Assembly (NCBI GenBank): GCA_025839675.1
Contig: CP104013.1
Span: 2,430,001-2,462,000, forward strand
Reading direction: 5' to 3'
Source: Candidatus Lokiarchaeum ossiferum
GTDB lineage: Archaea; Asgardarchaeota; Lokiarchaeia; Sigyniarchaeales; Promethearchaeaceae
Length of the DNA: 32,000 nt
The notes under the pieces were generated by a model. That model worked only from the letters and a program-made list of their open reading frames with translations. It was not told the origin of the DNA and did not search any database. Of the stretch, positions 6,925-15,327 are shown piece after piece. Within the stretch, counting starts at the first letter, position 1; each line of letters starts with the position of its first letter. The translations under genes and the position numbers were made by a program.

Positions 6925-8880
6925 CTAGACCAATTGACCACTCACAGCCATAATCCACGCAGAAAGCAGAGTTGCTGTAAATGCCCCTAAATAAATTTTT
7001 CCCGTTTTCCGATAAAAAGCGGTGGTCACAAAGAATATGACTGCGAACTGGGGTAATGTTTGCATGAGGAAAATTCCGAACAATCCAAAGAAAAAGAGAA
7101 GAATTCCCGCGCTTAGACCTGGACCGGTGCCAAACACAAACATTGGAACATATTGAATTAAAAAGACCAAGAATAATCCCGCTTCCATGGCAAAAAGATA
7201 TTTTAACCACCAAACAATCTGGGTTTTGATCTCCGAATCATATTTCTGGAGCTTTAATTGTCCATACATGAATTTTCCACCATTAATCTTGAAGAATAAA
7301 TATACCGGTAATAAATAAACCAAGAAGATTAGAAATCGTGTAGGAGTGAAGGTCTTTAAAATAGGCCACATATACCGCATTTCCACATTCAAGTATTTTT
7401 GAATTATCAAAACAATCGAATACAGATAACCAAAGAAAATGAGCACCATCATAAGGGTTTTAACTAAATATTGCTCTTTTTCTTGAATGGCTTCCACTTT
7501 GAAAATGCCAATATCTTCTTCAGTAAGCCCTTTTTCTTCCTTCGCCTTCAGGAACCATTTTTTAAACAAAAGACTGCAAATCAAGGCATTAATTAACAAC
7601 CAAAAGAGTGAACCATTTCCAGTAAGCAATCTGAAGAAAGGCAATATAACAGTGGTTGCACTTAGTGCAATCATCCCAATGGCAGGTAGGAAAATGAAAC
7701 TGAATCCACCAATCAGAGTATTAATCGTGGCGGATTTCCACCATTCTTTTTTAGTAGTTGGAATTATCTCAGTTGGAGTAGTTTTTAGTCCCACAAATCG
7801 TTCTTTAGTCATTAAAATTGAGGATAAAGGTAAAAGTGAGAGTACAAGAAGTATTACTGCAAACAACATCAAACCTTCTTTAATAAAATAAGTTTGGCGT
7901 CCCGCTTCCAATAAGGCAGCATCTCCATCAGTTTCACCTTGAAGGGCTTGTGTCATCCAAGCAACAGATTCCTGGATACTTTTTTGATTCCAGGTTACTC
8001 CTGGATGGGTGCATTTACATAATGCATATCGTTGTGCTGTCCCATTGGCAAAAACACCATAGGTTTCATCTACACATTCTCCCCGCGGGGTTTCACCTAT
8101 CAGATCTAAATTACTTTCAATCATCGATTTTCCCCGAGCGAGAAAATCAGCGCGGGATTCCATAGGGTTAATAAATAATTCTTCATAAAGTGGCCAGATA
8201 TCAAGATAATTATTCATTCCTAAGACTTCGGTAAGGTCATCAGGCCCACCAGCTTGAATAATCACAGCGCGATGATCTGGATTCAACAATGCCAGTTTTC
8301 GAGCAGTACTTCCCCCCATTGAATGTCCAACAATCCCCATCTGAGTCCCATCAACAAATTCAGCCGATTTTAAATATTGATACATTGCATTGGCACCGAT
8401 AGTATCATCCTCACGTGTGTCAGAAGTTCCAAGAAAATCACCCAGAACATCCGAGCCAATGTCAGAATCCCCATGATTTTGCTGATCCACTGCAATGACA
8501 ACAAATCCCCGTTTCGCTAATTCCATTGCAAGGGGACCTTCCGTGTCTTTATCATTATTCATCCCATGACATAATATTATACCCGGTGCTGGATTATTAT
8601 AGGTTGCAGTCGTAGGACGGTATAATTTCCCTGTGATGGCATTTCCGTATTCATCTGCAACCTGAATATATTCAATATGAGTATTGCCAAAATTGGATTG
8701 GAGGAGCGAGGAAAAGATAGAACTCACAAAAATCACAGTGATCATCACCATTAAAGTGATTTCATCTTTACTCGGTTTCCATTGCTTGATTTTTACAAGC
8801 CAATATTTAAATAAATTGCCCTTATTGCGAGCTAGTTTCCTTTTCTTCTGTTTTTCAATCTGAGGTTCATCATCAACCAT
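6925..8880 (-). CDS. Membrane-anchored alpha/beta-hydrolase fused to a C-terminal polytopic (about 8 TM) membrane domain
   Basis: There is an N-terminal TM (LMVMITVIFVSSIFSSLL). The hydrolase core has an oxyanion-type ILCHGMNND and the nucleophile elbow GHSMGG. About 300 aa of repeated hydrophobic helices follow. The overlapping ORF at 6851-7213 is treated as a shadow. Confidence 0.75.
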   Translation of the reverse strand: MVDDEPQIEKQKKRKLARNKGNLFKYWLVKIKQWKPSKDEITLMVMITVIFVSSIFSSLLQSNFGNTHIEYIQVADEYGNAITGKLYRPTTATYNNPAPGIILCHGMNNDKDTEGPLAMELAKRGFVVIAVDQQNHGDSDIGSDVLGDFLGTSDTREDDTIGANAMYQYLKSAEFVDGTQMGIVGHSMGGSTARKLALLNPDHRAVIIQAGGPDDLTEVLGMNNYLDIWPLYEELFINPMESRADFLARGKSMIESNLDLIGETPRGECVDETYGVFANGTAQRYALCKCTHPGVTWNQKSIQESVAWMTQALQGETDGDAALLEAGRQTYFIKEGLMLFAVILLVLSLLPLSSILMTKERFVGLKTTPTEIIPTTKKEWWKSATINTLIGGFSFIFLPAIGMIALSATTVILPFFRLLTGNGSLFWLLINALICSLLFKKWFLKAKEEKGLTEEDIGIFKVEAIQEKEQYLVKTLMMVLIFFGYLYSIVLIIQKYLNVEMRYMWPILKTFTPTRFLIFLVYLLPVYLFFKINGGKFMYGQLKLQKYDSEIKTQIVWWLKYLFAMEAGLFLVFLIQYVPMFVFGTGPGLSAGILLFFFGLFGIFLMQTLPQFAVIFFVTTAFYRKTGKIYLGAFTATLLSAWIMAVSGQLV

Positions 8881-8994
8881 TTAAATCACCACTTATCCTT
8901 TACTAAAGTCTAGTTCAAGTAAATAAAAATTCTAAAAGTTGATTATATTTTATCGAAGATCTATTTGATTGTTTCTTTGTAGTTGGATGAAAAT

Positions 8995-9005
8995 AAAAAA
9001 AAAAA
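8995..9005 (-). terminator. Oligo-T (T11 on the minus strand) after the ArsR-like gene
   Basis: The A(11) run on the plus strand begins 14 nt downstream of the stop at 9019. It lies between the ArsR-like gene and the hydrolase gene. Confidence 0.5.
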
Positions 9006-9018
9006 CGAACACTAACAA

Positions 9019-9570
9019 TTACAAGGGTTCTTCAAAGTGCTTCTTTAACTTATTCATTATTTGAGGGGTAGTTTTTCTTGTTTTAATTGCCCATATTAAA
9101 ATTGAACATTCAATTCCAAGAATAAGAATAGATATGGGATAAATAATCCAAGGTGTTTGAGGATCCAACATAGTGATTATGAGTATTGTGGAAGAAATAA
9201 TCATGGTGAATAAGATGGTCCCAATGATTATATTCATCCCTTGTACTGCAAGCGATGTTTTATAGGTCTTTTGGCCTTGGTAAGCTTCTTTCAACAAAGG
9301 TTGGTCTTCGGGAGATAAATCTTTTTTGATGGAATCTAAAACATTTAAAGCCCGTTTTCCTAAAGCCGTGATAATATAAAATTGATTCACATCTTTTTCG
9401 ATGAAACCCTGAATATGTTTGAGATGATAGGTGAGTTTGCTGGAACTAATATCAAAAAAGTTTAAAAGATCAGTAAAAGATTTCGGAGATTCCAACAAAA
9501 TTCGAAGGATGTTGCGGCGGATTTCATGAGATATAGCTTGAATAAAGATTTCTTCTGTAGGGAGCGACAT
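9019..9570 (-). CDS. ArsR-family winged-helix transcription regulator with two C-terminal transmembrane helices
   Basis: AISHEIRRNILRILLESPKSFTDLLNFFDISSSKLTYHLKHIQGFIEKD is a typical ArsR/HTH_20 pattern. The C-terminus has two hydrophobic helices, IIIGTILFTMIISSTILIITML and IIYPISILILGIECSILIWAI. Confidence 0.75.
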   Translation of the reverse strand: MSLPTEEIFIQAISHEIRRNILRILLESPKSFTDLLNFFDISSSKLTYHLKHIQGFIEKDVNQFYIITALGKRALNVLDSIKKDLSPEDQPLLKEAYQGQKTYKTSLAVQGMNIIIGTILFTMIISSTILIITMLDPQTPWIIYPISILILGIECSILIWAIKTRKTTPQIMNKLKKHFEEPL

Positions 9571-9704
9571 TTTTCTTCAAGATCCTAAAGCCAACTCATG
9601 ATTATAAGGTTTTTTGACAAAAAAAGTTGTTTCAAGGGGTCAATTTGATTTGACATAGGAGATATCCTAAATGACCAATTAGTAAAATGATGTTTACTAT
9701 CAAT

Positions 9705-10430
9705 TTATGAGGCAATTTTTTGTTTTTTAAGTCGAAAATACAGAAAATTGGGCTTAGAAGTTAATTTTTCATAGGTTTTTAGATCGATCTTCTTTACTTC
9801 AGGGAGTGGAAATGGTTCTTTCAGTTCATCAACATAGAATCCATTTTTTTTGAAAATTTCAAACATTTCCATCAAAGTACGGTGATAATATTGGACCAGA
9901 TAAGGATGCCCAGCAACAGTCCAAGTTTCTTCATATATTTCCTTGGTAAAATAATTCTCTTTTTCACACCATATCCAATCTGCATGGGGATGATGAGTTG
10001 AAAACACAATCGAACCAGATGAACGTAAAACTCGTTTAAGTTCCTTAAAAAGGGGATCCCAATCCTCAATGTAATGAAACACTAAGGATGAAACAATTAA
10101 ATCAACACTGTTAGATGAGATCATTGTCAAGGGTTTGGTAGCATCAGCAACGAATAATTTTGCTTTAGCCCCTACTTTACCTTGCGCAATTTTTAAAAGA
10201 TTGGGACTGATATCAAAGGCAGATACGTGATATTCTTGGTTCACGAGCCATTTGGTTAATCCACCAGAACCACAACCCACTTCCAAAACATCTAAAACAT
10301 TGGCTTCAGGAATTAGAGCGATTACATTTGGTCGATCATACATCTCATTCCATACACCTGTGGAGGTTTTTTCATCGTAAGCTTTTGACATCGCATCATA
10401 GAATGCTTTTGGATCATAACTTGCCATCAA
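9705..10430 (-). CDS. Class I SAM-dependent methyltransferase
   Basis: Motif I is VLEVGCGSGGLT. An acidic residue ends beta2 (SAFDIS). Post-I/II blocks (DLIVSSLVFHYIED, LKRVLRSSGSIVFST) are present. Confidence 0.85.
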   Translation of the reverse strand: MMASYDPKAFYDAMSKAYDEKTSTGVWNEMYDRPNVIALIPEANVLDVLEVGCGSGGLTKWLVNQEYHVSAFDISPNLLKIAQGKVGAKAKLFVADATKPLTMISSNSVDLIVSSLVFHYIEDWDPLFKELKRVLRSSGSIVFSTHHPHADWIWCEKENYFTKEIYEETWTVAGHPYLVQYYHRTLMEMFEIFKKNGFYVDELKEPFPLPEVKKIDLKTYEKLTSKPNFLYFRLKKQKIAS

Positions 10431-10503
10431 GATTAATTTTTTTTAGCATCCAATAAGTTTTGAGTAAGAAAAAAGTAAATTGAAAAAGAATGAAGTTTAG
10501 ATA

Positions 10504-10947
10504 TTATTTCTTTGTTTGAATTCGGAGAAGAATTGAATTCCAAAATGCATTCGTGAATTCAGGATCACTCAATTCTACTTTCCCAATTTTAACACGTGCT
10601 ATTTTAGGGAGAATTCCTTTTTGTGACAATTGAAGCTGCCTAATTGGTATTTCTTGACTATCCAATTTCATAGAGAGAGCCTCAAAGGGACATAATGCCA
10701 TACATACCCCACAAAAGACACATTTTGATTGATCTGGCATGATGGGCATCCGCGCAACTAAAGGCACTTTCATTCCTTTGGCAATCACGGGCATCTCCAA
10801 GGCATTTTTAGGACAAGCTTTCACACATTGTTTACAGGTTTTGCATTTATCCAGATGGAGAATTAAATCGGTTTTTCGGGTGAGATATTCCGAAGAAAAG
10901 GTCCGTGTCTTTATTTTTTCAGTAGTAGTAAGGATCGGCCATTTCAT
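10504..10947 (-). CDS. 2x[4Fe-4S] ferredoxin-domain protein, last gene of the hdr/mvhD operon
   Basis: Two CxxCxxCxxxCP motifs are present: CKTCKQCVKACP and CVFCGVCMALCP. Its start ATG overlaps the mvhD stop in an ATGA 4-nt overlap at 10944-10947, which suggests translational coupling. Confidence 0.8.
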   Translation of the reverse strand: MKWPILTTTEKIKTRTFSSEYLTRKTDLILHLDKCKTCKQCVKACPKNALEMPVIAKGMKVPLVARMPIMPDQSKCVFCGVCMALCPFEALSMKLDSQEIPIRQLQLSQKGILPKIARVKIGKVELSDPEFTNAFWNSILLRIQTKK

Positions 10948-11396
10948 GCTTGAATTTCCTCCATGTGATTTAATCGGGCGACTTCTTTTAAGGGATTCGG
11001 CCCGAGTGCTTTTAATTCATGGACATATTCTTTGATCCGTTCAGTAAATTCAGCTCCTTCACTAGCACTAATATGCCAGAGTTGTACTCGTTTCGGATTA
11101 ATACCATATTGTTCAATGAATTTTTGGATCAAGGCGAATCGCCTAACGGTTTTAAAATTTCCTTCAACGTAATGACAATCGCCTAAATGACATGCGCCAA
11201 TAATAACACCATCGGCTCCTTGTTTCAAAGCTTTAAGGGCGTAATCAGGATCCATTCTACCGGAACACATTAGTCGAATGATACGGACGTTTGCGGGACG
11301 TTGCATACGACTTCGTCCAGCTTGATCGCTTCCTGTATATGTGCACCAATTACAGAAGAATCCCACAATGTATGGTTCAAAGTTATCGTTTTCCAT
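10944..11396 (-). CDS. mvhD: MvhD/FlpD-like iron-sulfur subunit (methyl-viologen-reducing hydrogenase delta subunit family)
   Basis: FFCNWCTYTGSDQAG...RLMCSGR...GCHLGDCHY is the family signature. The ORF track starts at a TTG (11405). However, AGGAG at 11406-11410 abuts that codon and sits 9 nt from the ATG at 11396, so I prefer 11396. Confidence 0.8.
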   Translation of the reverse strand: MENDNFEPYIVGFFCNWCTYTGSDQAGRSRMQRPANVRIIRLMCSGRMDPDYALKALKQGADGVIIGACHLGDCHYVEGNFKTVRRFALIQKFIEQYGINPKRVQLWHISASEGAEFTERIKEYVHELKALGPNPLKEVARLNHMEEIQA

Positions 11397-11408
11397 GATG
11401 ACCAACTC

Positions 11409-13394
11409 CTAATTCGCCCCTCCTTCTCCGTGCACTTCCCACGGTTTAAGGGATTCCAATTCACTAAGGACTTGAGTTTTAGTAAAATGATTTTGGTCAA
11501 TGGCACTACTAGGACAGGTGATCATACAGACACCGCACCCTTTACAGCGGAGGGTATCTATCACCGATACATTTTTCTCTTCGTCAAATGAAATTGCATC
11601 AAAAGAACACACCGATAAACATGAACGACACCCGGAACATATTTCAGACCGCACTTCAGCATAGTAGGGTTCAATTTCCACCTCTCCCGCAGCCATGAAA
11701 TTGTCTGCACTGCTCGCAGCAGCTTTTGCTTGAGCGACAGCATCCGGAATATCACGAGGAGCTTGACAAGTACCACCTATGAAAACACCTTGGGAAAGCG
11801 AATCAACGGGGAATAATTTAGGATGGGCTTCCATAAACATCCCATCATCGGTTAATTGGACTCCAAACTTACGGCCCACATCACTGGCATCTTTCCGGGC
11901 TTCAATGGCTGTGGATAAAATAAGCATATCGACTTCGATTTCAAATTTTTCTCCCAAGAGAGTTTCACTACCCTCCAAGATCAAACTTCCATCTACTTTT
12001 TCAAACACGGATCCGATTCTTCCTCGAACAAAGTTAATGCCGTATTCACGAGCAGCAATTTCATAAAACTCTTCATATCCTTTCCCAAAAGCTCGGATAT
12101 CCATATAAAAAATGTAAACTTGGGAATCAGGATATTTTTCTTTATATTGACGGGCTTGTTTCATAGCATACATACAACATACTCGACTGCAATATTTGTG
12201 ACACCCCTCATGAAAATCACGCGAACCAACACATTGTAAGAATCCCACACTTTTTGGGGTCTGGTGATCTGAAGGTTTGATAACTTTCCCGAGAGTAGGC
12301 CCAGTGCTACTAAGGATCCGTTCAAATTCGATGGCAGTCAGAACATTTTTATATTTCTTGTAACCTAACCGCGCAATTCCACTGGGATCAAAAATATCAT
12401 TCCCGGTAGTTAAAATAATGGAACCAACTGTGAGATCGATTAATTCATCTTTTCGACTTAAATCAATAGCCCCAACTTCACAAGCTTGAACACAAAGCCC
12501 GCATTCAATACAGTTTTGGGAATCAATCGTGTATTGTTCTGGGACTGCCTGAGGAAATGGAATATACGCCGCGGCCCTATGACCCAAATTGAGATCAAAT
12601 TCATTAGGAATTGTGAGAGGACATGCTTGAGCACAAGCTCCGCAGCCCGTACAAATATTGCCATCAATTTTCGACGCTTTTCTTCTCACAGTTACTTTAA
12701 AATTGCCCACATTTAGATCCACGTCTTCAACTTCAGAATACGTTAGTAAATTGATATTTGGATGGCGACCAACTTCGACCATTTTTGGAGTAATAATACA
12801 CGCAGAACAATCCATGGTTGGAAATGTTTTATCCAGTTGGGCCATATGTCCTCCAATAGTGGGACTCCGCTCAACGAGATGTACTTTGTATTTATTGGTT
12901 AAATCTAAAGCTGCAAACATGCCCGAAATGCCTCCTCCCACAACCAAAGCTTCTTGAACCACAGGAAATTTTTGGCGTTCAAGGGGTTTGTTATGGGAGA
13001 CTTTTGCAATCGCCATTTTTAAATGATCCTTGGCGATGTCTAAAGCACCTGGATGATCATGCATATTTACCCAAGAAGCATGTTCACGAATATTCGCTTG
13101 TTCAAAGAAAAACTCATTGAATCCGTTTTTTTTCATCACGGTTCGATAAGTATCTTCATGCATTAAAGGACTACAAGCAGCCACAACCACCCTATTTACT
13201 TTTCCAGAGTTTAAATCATCGGCAATCATTTCTTGGCCGGCTGTACTGCACATAAATTTGTATTCTTTCACGAGAGATACATTTGCAAGTTGCGAAGCAT
13301 ATTCACATAGCGCATCAATATCCACGACATCGGAAATATTTTTTCCACAATGACACACATAAACTCCCACTTTGACATCATCTGAGTTGGACAA
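11409..13394 (-). CDS. hdrA: Heterodisulfide reductase subunit A (FAD plus multiple Fe-S clusters)
   Basis: 661 aa. It has an N-terminal Cys cluster (VCHCGKNIS), a dinucleotide fold (VVGGGISGMFAALDL), and four ferredoxin-type motifs (CTGCGACAQACP, CIECGLCVQACE, CSGCRSCLSVCS, CKGCGVCMITCP). It starts at TTG, preceded by GGAGGT 8 nt upstream inside the end of hdrB. Confidence 0.9.
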   Translation of the reverse strand: MSNSDDVKVGVYVCHCGKNISDVVDIDALCEYASQLANVSLVKEYKFMCSTAGQEMIADDLNSGKVNRVVVAACSPLMHEDTYRTVMKKNGFNEFFFEQANIREHASWVNMHDHPGALDIAKDHLKMAIAKVSHNKPLERQKFPVVQEALVVGGGISGMFAALDLTNKYKVHLVERSPTIGGHMAQLDKTFPTMDCSACIITPKMVEVGRHPNINLLTYSEVEDVDLNVGNFKVTVRRKASKIDGNICTGCGACAQACPLTIPNEFDLNLGHRAAAYIPFPQAVPEQYTIDSQNCIECGLCVQACEVGAIDLSRKDELIDLTVGSIILTTGNDIFDPSGIARLGYKKYKNVLTAIEFERILSSTGPTLGKVIKPSDHQTPKSVGFLQCVGSRDFHEGCHKYCSRVCCMYAMKQARQYKEKYPDSQVYIFYMDIRAFGKGYEEFYEIAAREYGINFVRGRIGSVFEKVDGSLILEGSETLLGEKFEIEVDMLILSTAIEARKDASDVGRKFGVQLTDDGMFMEAHPKLFPVDSLSQGVFIGGTCQAPRDIPDAVAQAKAAASSADNFMAAGEVEIEPYYAEVRSEICSGCRSCLSVCSFDAISFDEEKNVSVIDTLRCKGCGVCMITCPSSAIDQNHFTKTQVLSELESLKPWEVHGEGGAN

Positions 13395-13396
13395 AT

Positions 13397-14377
13397 TTAA
13401 TTACCTCCTTCAGTCAAGGGCATATTCTTGACTTTTTCTAATATTGGGTCTTGTGATGTGAAGGGTGAAATACCTTTCATGTCCGCAGGTTTTATCATCC
13501 CTAAACGTTCTGGTTCAATTCCCATGGCTAAACCAAGAAGTTGAGTAATATAGATTACAGGAATTTGGAATGGTACTTCTCCTTCATCCATTAAATTCGC
13601 TACTTCCAATTGTCCTAAATCATACTGCAATTGGCAAAATGGACAACATACCACAATGCAATCTGCCCCTGCCTTTCGAATTTCCCGTAATTTTTCCAAA
13701 GTTAAGTGGGAACTCACGGATTTATTGGCTGTCCGCACAGCTCCACCTGCCCCACAACACATCATCTTCTTACGATAAATGATGGAAGTAGCTCCAGTTG
13801 CTTCAACAATTTCATCAAAGAATGTGGGATCATCAGGATCTTGCCCAAAAACTTGAATTGCGGCGGGTTTTAAAATGTGACAGCCATAATGGACCGCAAC
13901 ATTCAGATTAAGCTTACGTTTTACCAAGGATTTGATTTTTTCAACACCGATATCATAATATAGGACATCCATGATGTGGCGAACTTTTGAAGTTCCGGTA
14001 TAAGTGCGACCCACAGATGATAGCACTTCATTAACGCGTCCTTTAAGTTCTTCATTATGCTTAAGTTGATGATCTACCTCATTTAAAGTTCCATTGCATC
14101 CATTACAAAGGGTGAGGAGATCATTATGATTTTGTTCAGCAATGTTAATATTCCGAGCCCCCACGGTGAGCCACATAGCTTTATCCACAGACCGAAAAAC
14201 GCCTGGAGCAGGGCAACAACTCGCACCTTCCATTTCATCTACTTTAATATTCAACTCATCAAACAAGGTGCGTGATGCGCGTTCAATCATAGGATACCTA
14301 TTAGGAATCACACAGCCCAAAAAGAGGGAATAATTCAATTCCTTTGAAGATTTATCTGATATTTTTTCACTTTCCAT
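13397..14377 (-). CDS. hdrB: Heterodisulfide reductase subunit B (two CCG domains)
   Basis: Two cysteine-rich CCG-type motifs are present: CCPAPG with CNGCNG, and CCGAGG with CCPFC. AAGGTGA lies 7 nt upstream of the ATG, directly after the hdrC stop. Confidence 0.9.
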   Translation of the reverse strand: MESEKISDKSSKELNYSLFLGCVIPNRYPMIERASRTLFDELNIKVDEMEGASCCPAPGVFRSVDKAMWLTVGARNINIAEQNHNDLLTLCNGCNGTLNEVDHQLKHNEELKGRVNEVLSSVGRTYTGTSKVRHIMDVLYYDIGVEKIKSLVKRKLNLNVAVHYGCHILKPAAIQVFGQDPDDPTFFDEIVEATGATSIIYRKKMMCCGAGGAVRTANKSVSSHLTLEKLREIRKAGADCIVVCCPFCQLQYDLGQLEVANLMDEGEVPFQIPVIYITQLLGLAMGIEPERLGMIKPADMKGISPFTSQDPILEKVKNMPLTEGGN

Positions 14378-14389
14378 TTTTAGGTCACC

Positions 14390-14920
14390 TTAAAGTTGAT
14401 AGGGAATCCTGCCGTTAAACTTGATTTTGTTGATTAGAGTATAGAGCTCATCCATTGCTTCTGGATAACTATGGACTGTTGGAGGTAGGGGGGGAAGATC
14501 CATTTTGATACGTAATTTGGCCCAAGTAGACAGTTCACCACCCAATGGTACAGCGTGACCATGCTGCACCAAATTTTTAATCACACCTTTCAATGGATCG
14601 GGAATATGACCTTCACGAACAGCCATATTGCGCAATTTTAGAATGATTTCGGTCACTGGAATCGTTCGTGGACAGCGTTCATAGCAATTAAAGCAGGTTG
14701 AACAAAGCCAAATATCATTACTTGACAGAACTGATTCTAAGCCAACGAGCGCTTGCCGCATAATTTTTCGTGTTTTCATAGCGGTCCAGTTACCTGAAGG
14801 GCAACCTGCAGAACACTCCCCACACTGGATGCATGCCCGAATTTTACTATGGGATTCTTCAATGGATAATTCTGTGAGAATATCAGGATTAAATTGTATT
14901 AAATTTTTATTTCGGCTCAT
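14390..14920 (-). CDS. hdrC: Heterodisulfide reductase subunit C (2x[4Fe-4S])
   Basis: CIQCGECSAGCP and CSTCFNCYERCP are present. The track ORF extends to a GTG at 14944. The ATG at 14920 (MSRNKNL...) follows a purine-rich GAAGGGAAGGAA and is preferred. Confidence 0.85.
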   Translation of the reverse strand: MSRNKNLIQFNPDILTELSIEESHSKIRACIQCGECSAGCPSGNWTAMKTRKIMRQALVGLESVLSSNDIWLCSTCFNCYERCPRTIPVTEIILKLRNMAVREGHIPDPLKGVIKNLVQHGHAVPLGGELSTWAKLRIKMDLPPLPPTVHSYPEAMDELYTLINKIKFNGRIPYQL

Positions 14921-14980
14921 TTCCTTCCCTTCATTATTAAACACCTTCGACGTAGGAAAGTTAGGGAAAACTTCAAATTC

Positions 14981-15051
14981 AAGTCACCCATTTTCACACG
15001 TGAAAACTGATAATTTGCTTTGGATGAACACCTTCTTAAATAAGTCACCCA
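14981..15051. promoter_or_regulatory. hdr leader/upstream element: exact 10-mer AAGTCACCCA twice (14981-14990, 15042-15051) flanking an inverted repeat TTTTCAC-ac-GTGAAAA (14991-15006, CACGTG core)
   Basis: Read directly from the sequence. In hdr orientation the decamer reads TGGGTGACTT and contains an SD-like GGTGA. Confidence 0.4.
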
Positions 15052-15255
15052 ACTGACAATATTATCACTAAACTTAGTATTTACAACTTAAGTTTATTGT
15101 TATTAGATCATTAAATAAGAATTGATTAATAAAATTTGTTCTGCACATTAATAAATACTCCAAACAATAGTAGGATTTGTAGGTAAAAAAAAAGACAAAT
15201 TGATCCAAAATTCCACTAATTCAGAACATTTATCAATTCTTTTTGAATTAATTAG

Positions 15256-15268
15256 ATATATAAAAAAA
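15256..15268 (+). promoter_or_regulatory. A/T-rich TATA-like box upstream of GTPase gene 2
   Basis: atatataaaaaaa lies about 60 nt upstream of the ATG at 15328. This is the typical composition of an archaeal TATA box. Confidence 0.4.
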
Positions 15269-15306
15269 TACTTTAGGTTGAGTTATCGTAGATGATACCT
15301 AAAGTA
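15269..15306. promoter_or_regulatory. Perfect 10-bp inverted repeat TACTTTAGGT-N18-ACCTAAAGTA abutting the TATA-like box
   Basis: The arms are 15269-15278 and 15297-15306 and are exact reverse complements. The element lies between the A/T box and the start codon of the GcvH-like GTPase gene. Confidence 0.45.
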
Positions 15307-15327
15307 TAATTTTTGAGATGCGAAATT

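Noticed and set aside
10944-13394. Possible selenocysteine (in-frame TGA) recoding in HdrA or MvhD, as known for some methanogen and Lokiarchaeal homologs.
   Set aside because: Both ORFs are full length and uninterrupted, with Cys at the relevant cluster positions. There is no truncated or split ORF pattern that would suggest a read-through TGA.
15085-15094. A 10-bp perfect palindrome, AACTTAAGTT, with a nearby AACTTAGT in the hdr/GTPase divergent intergenic region.
   Set aside because: It is a short AT-rich palindrome in very AT-rich DNA, so it is expected by chance. It is not positioned next to an obvious promoter element, unlike the 15269-15306 repeat.
15313-15327. N-terminal extensions from non-ATG starts in the ORF track: TTG at 15313, TTG at 17011, GTG at 14944, TTG at 11405, GTG at 28618 and an upstream ATG at 27538.
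   Set aside because: For 15313, 17011, 14944, 11405 and 28618, an ATG a few codons downstream has better spacing to a purine-rich SD-like element or matches the family's usual N-terminus. For 27538, the downstream ATG at 27526 (MKITKK) starts the protein directly at the signal peptide. Non-ATG starts are retained only where an SD supports them: hdrA TTG at 13394 and partner-2 GTG at 16304.
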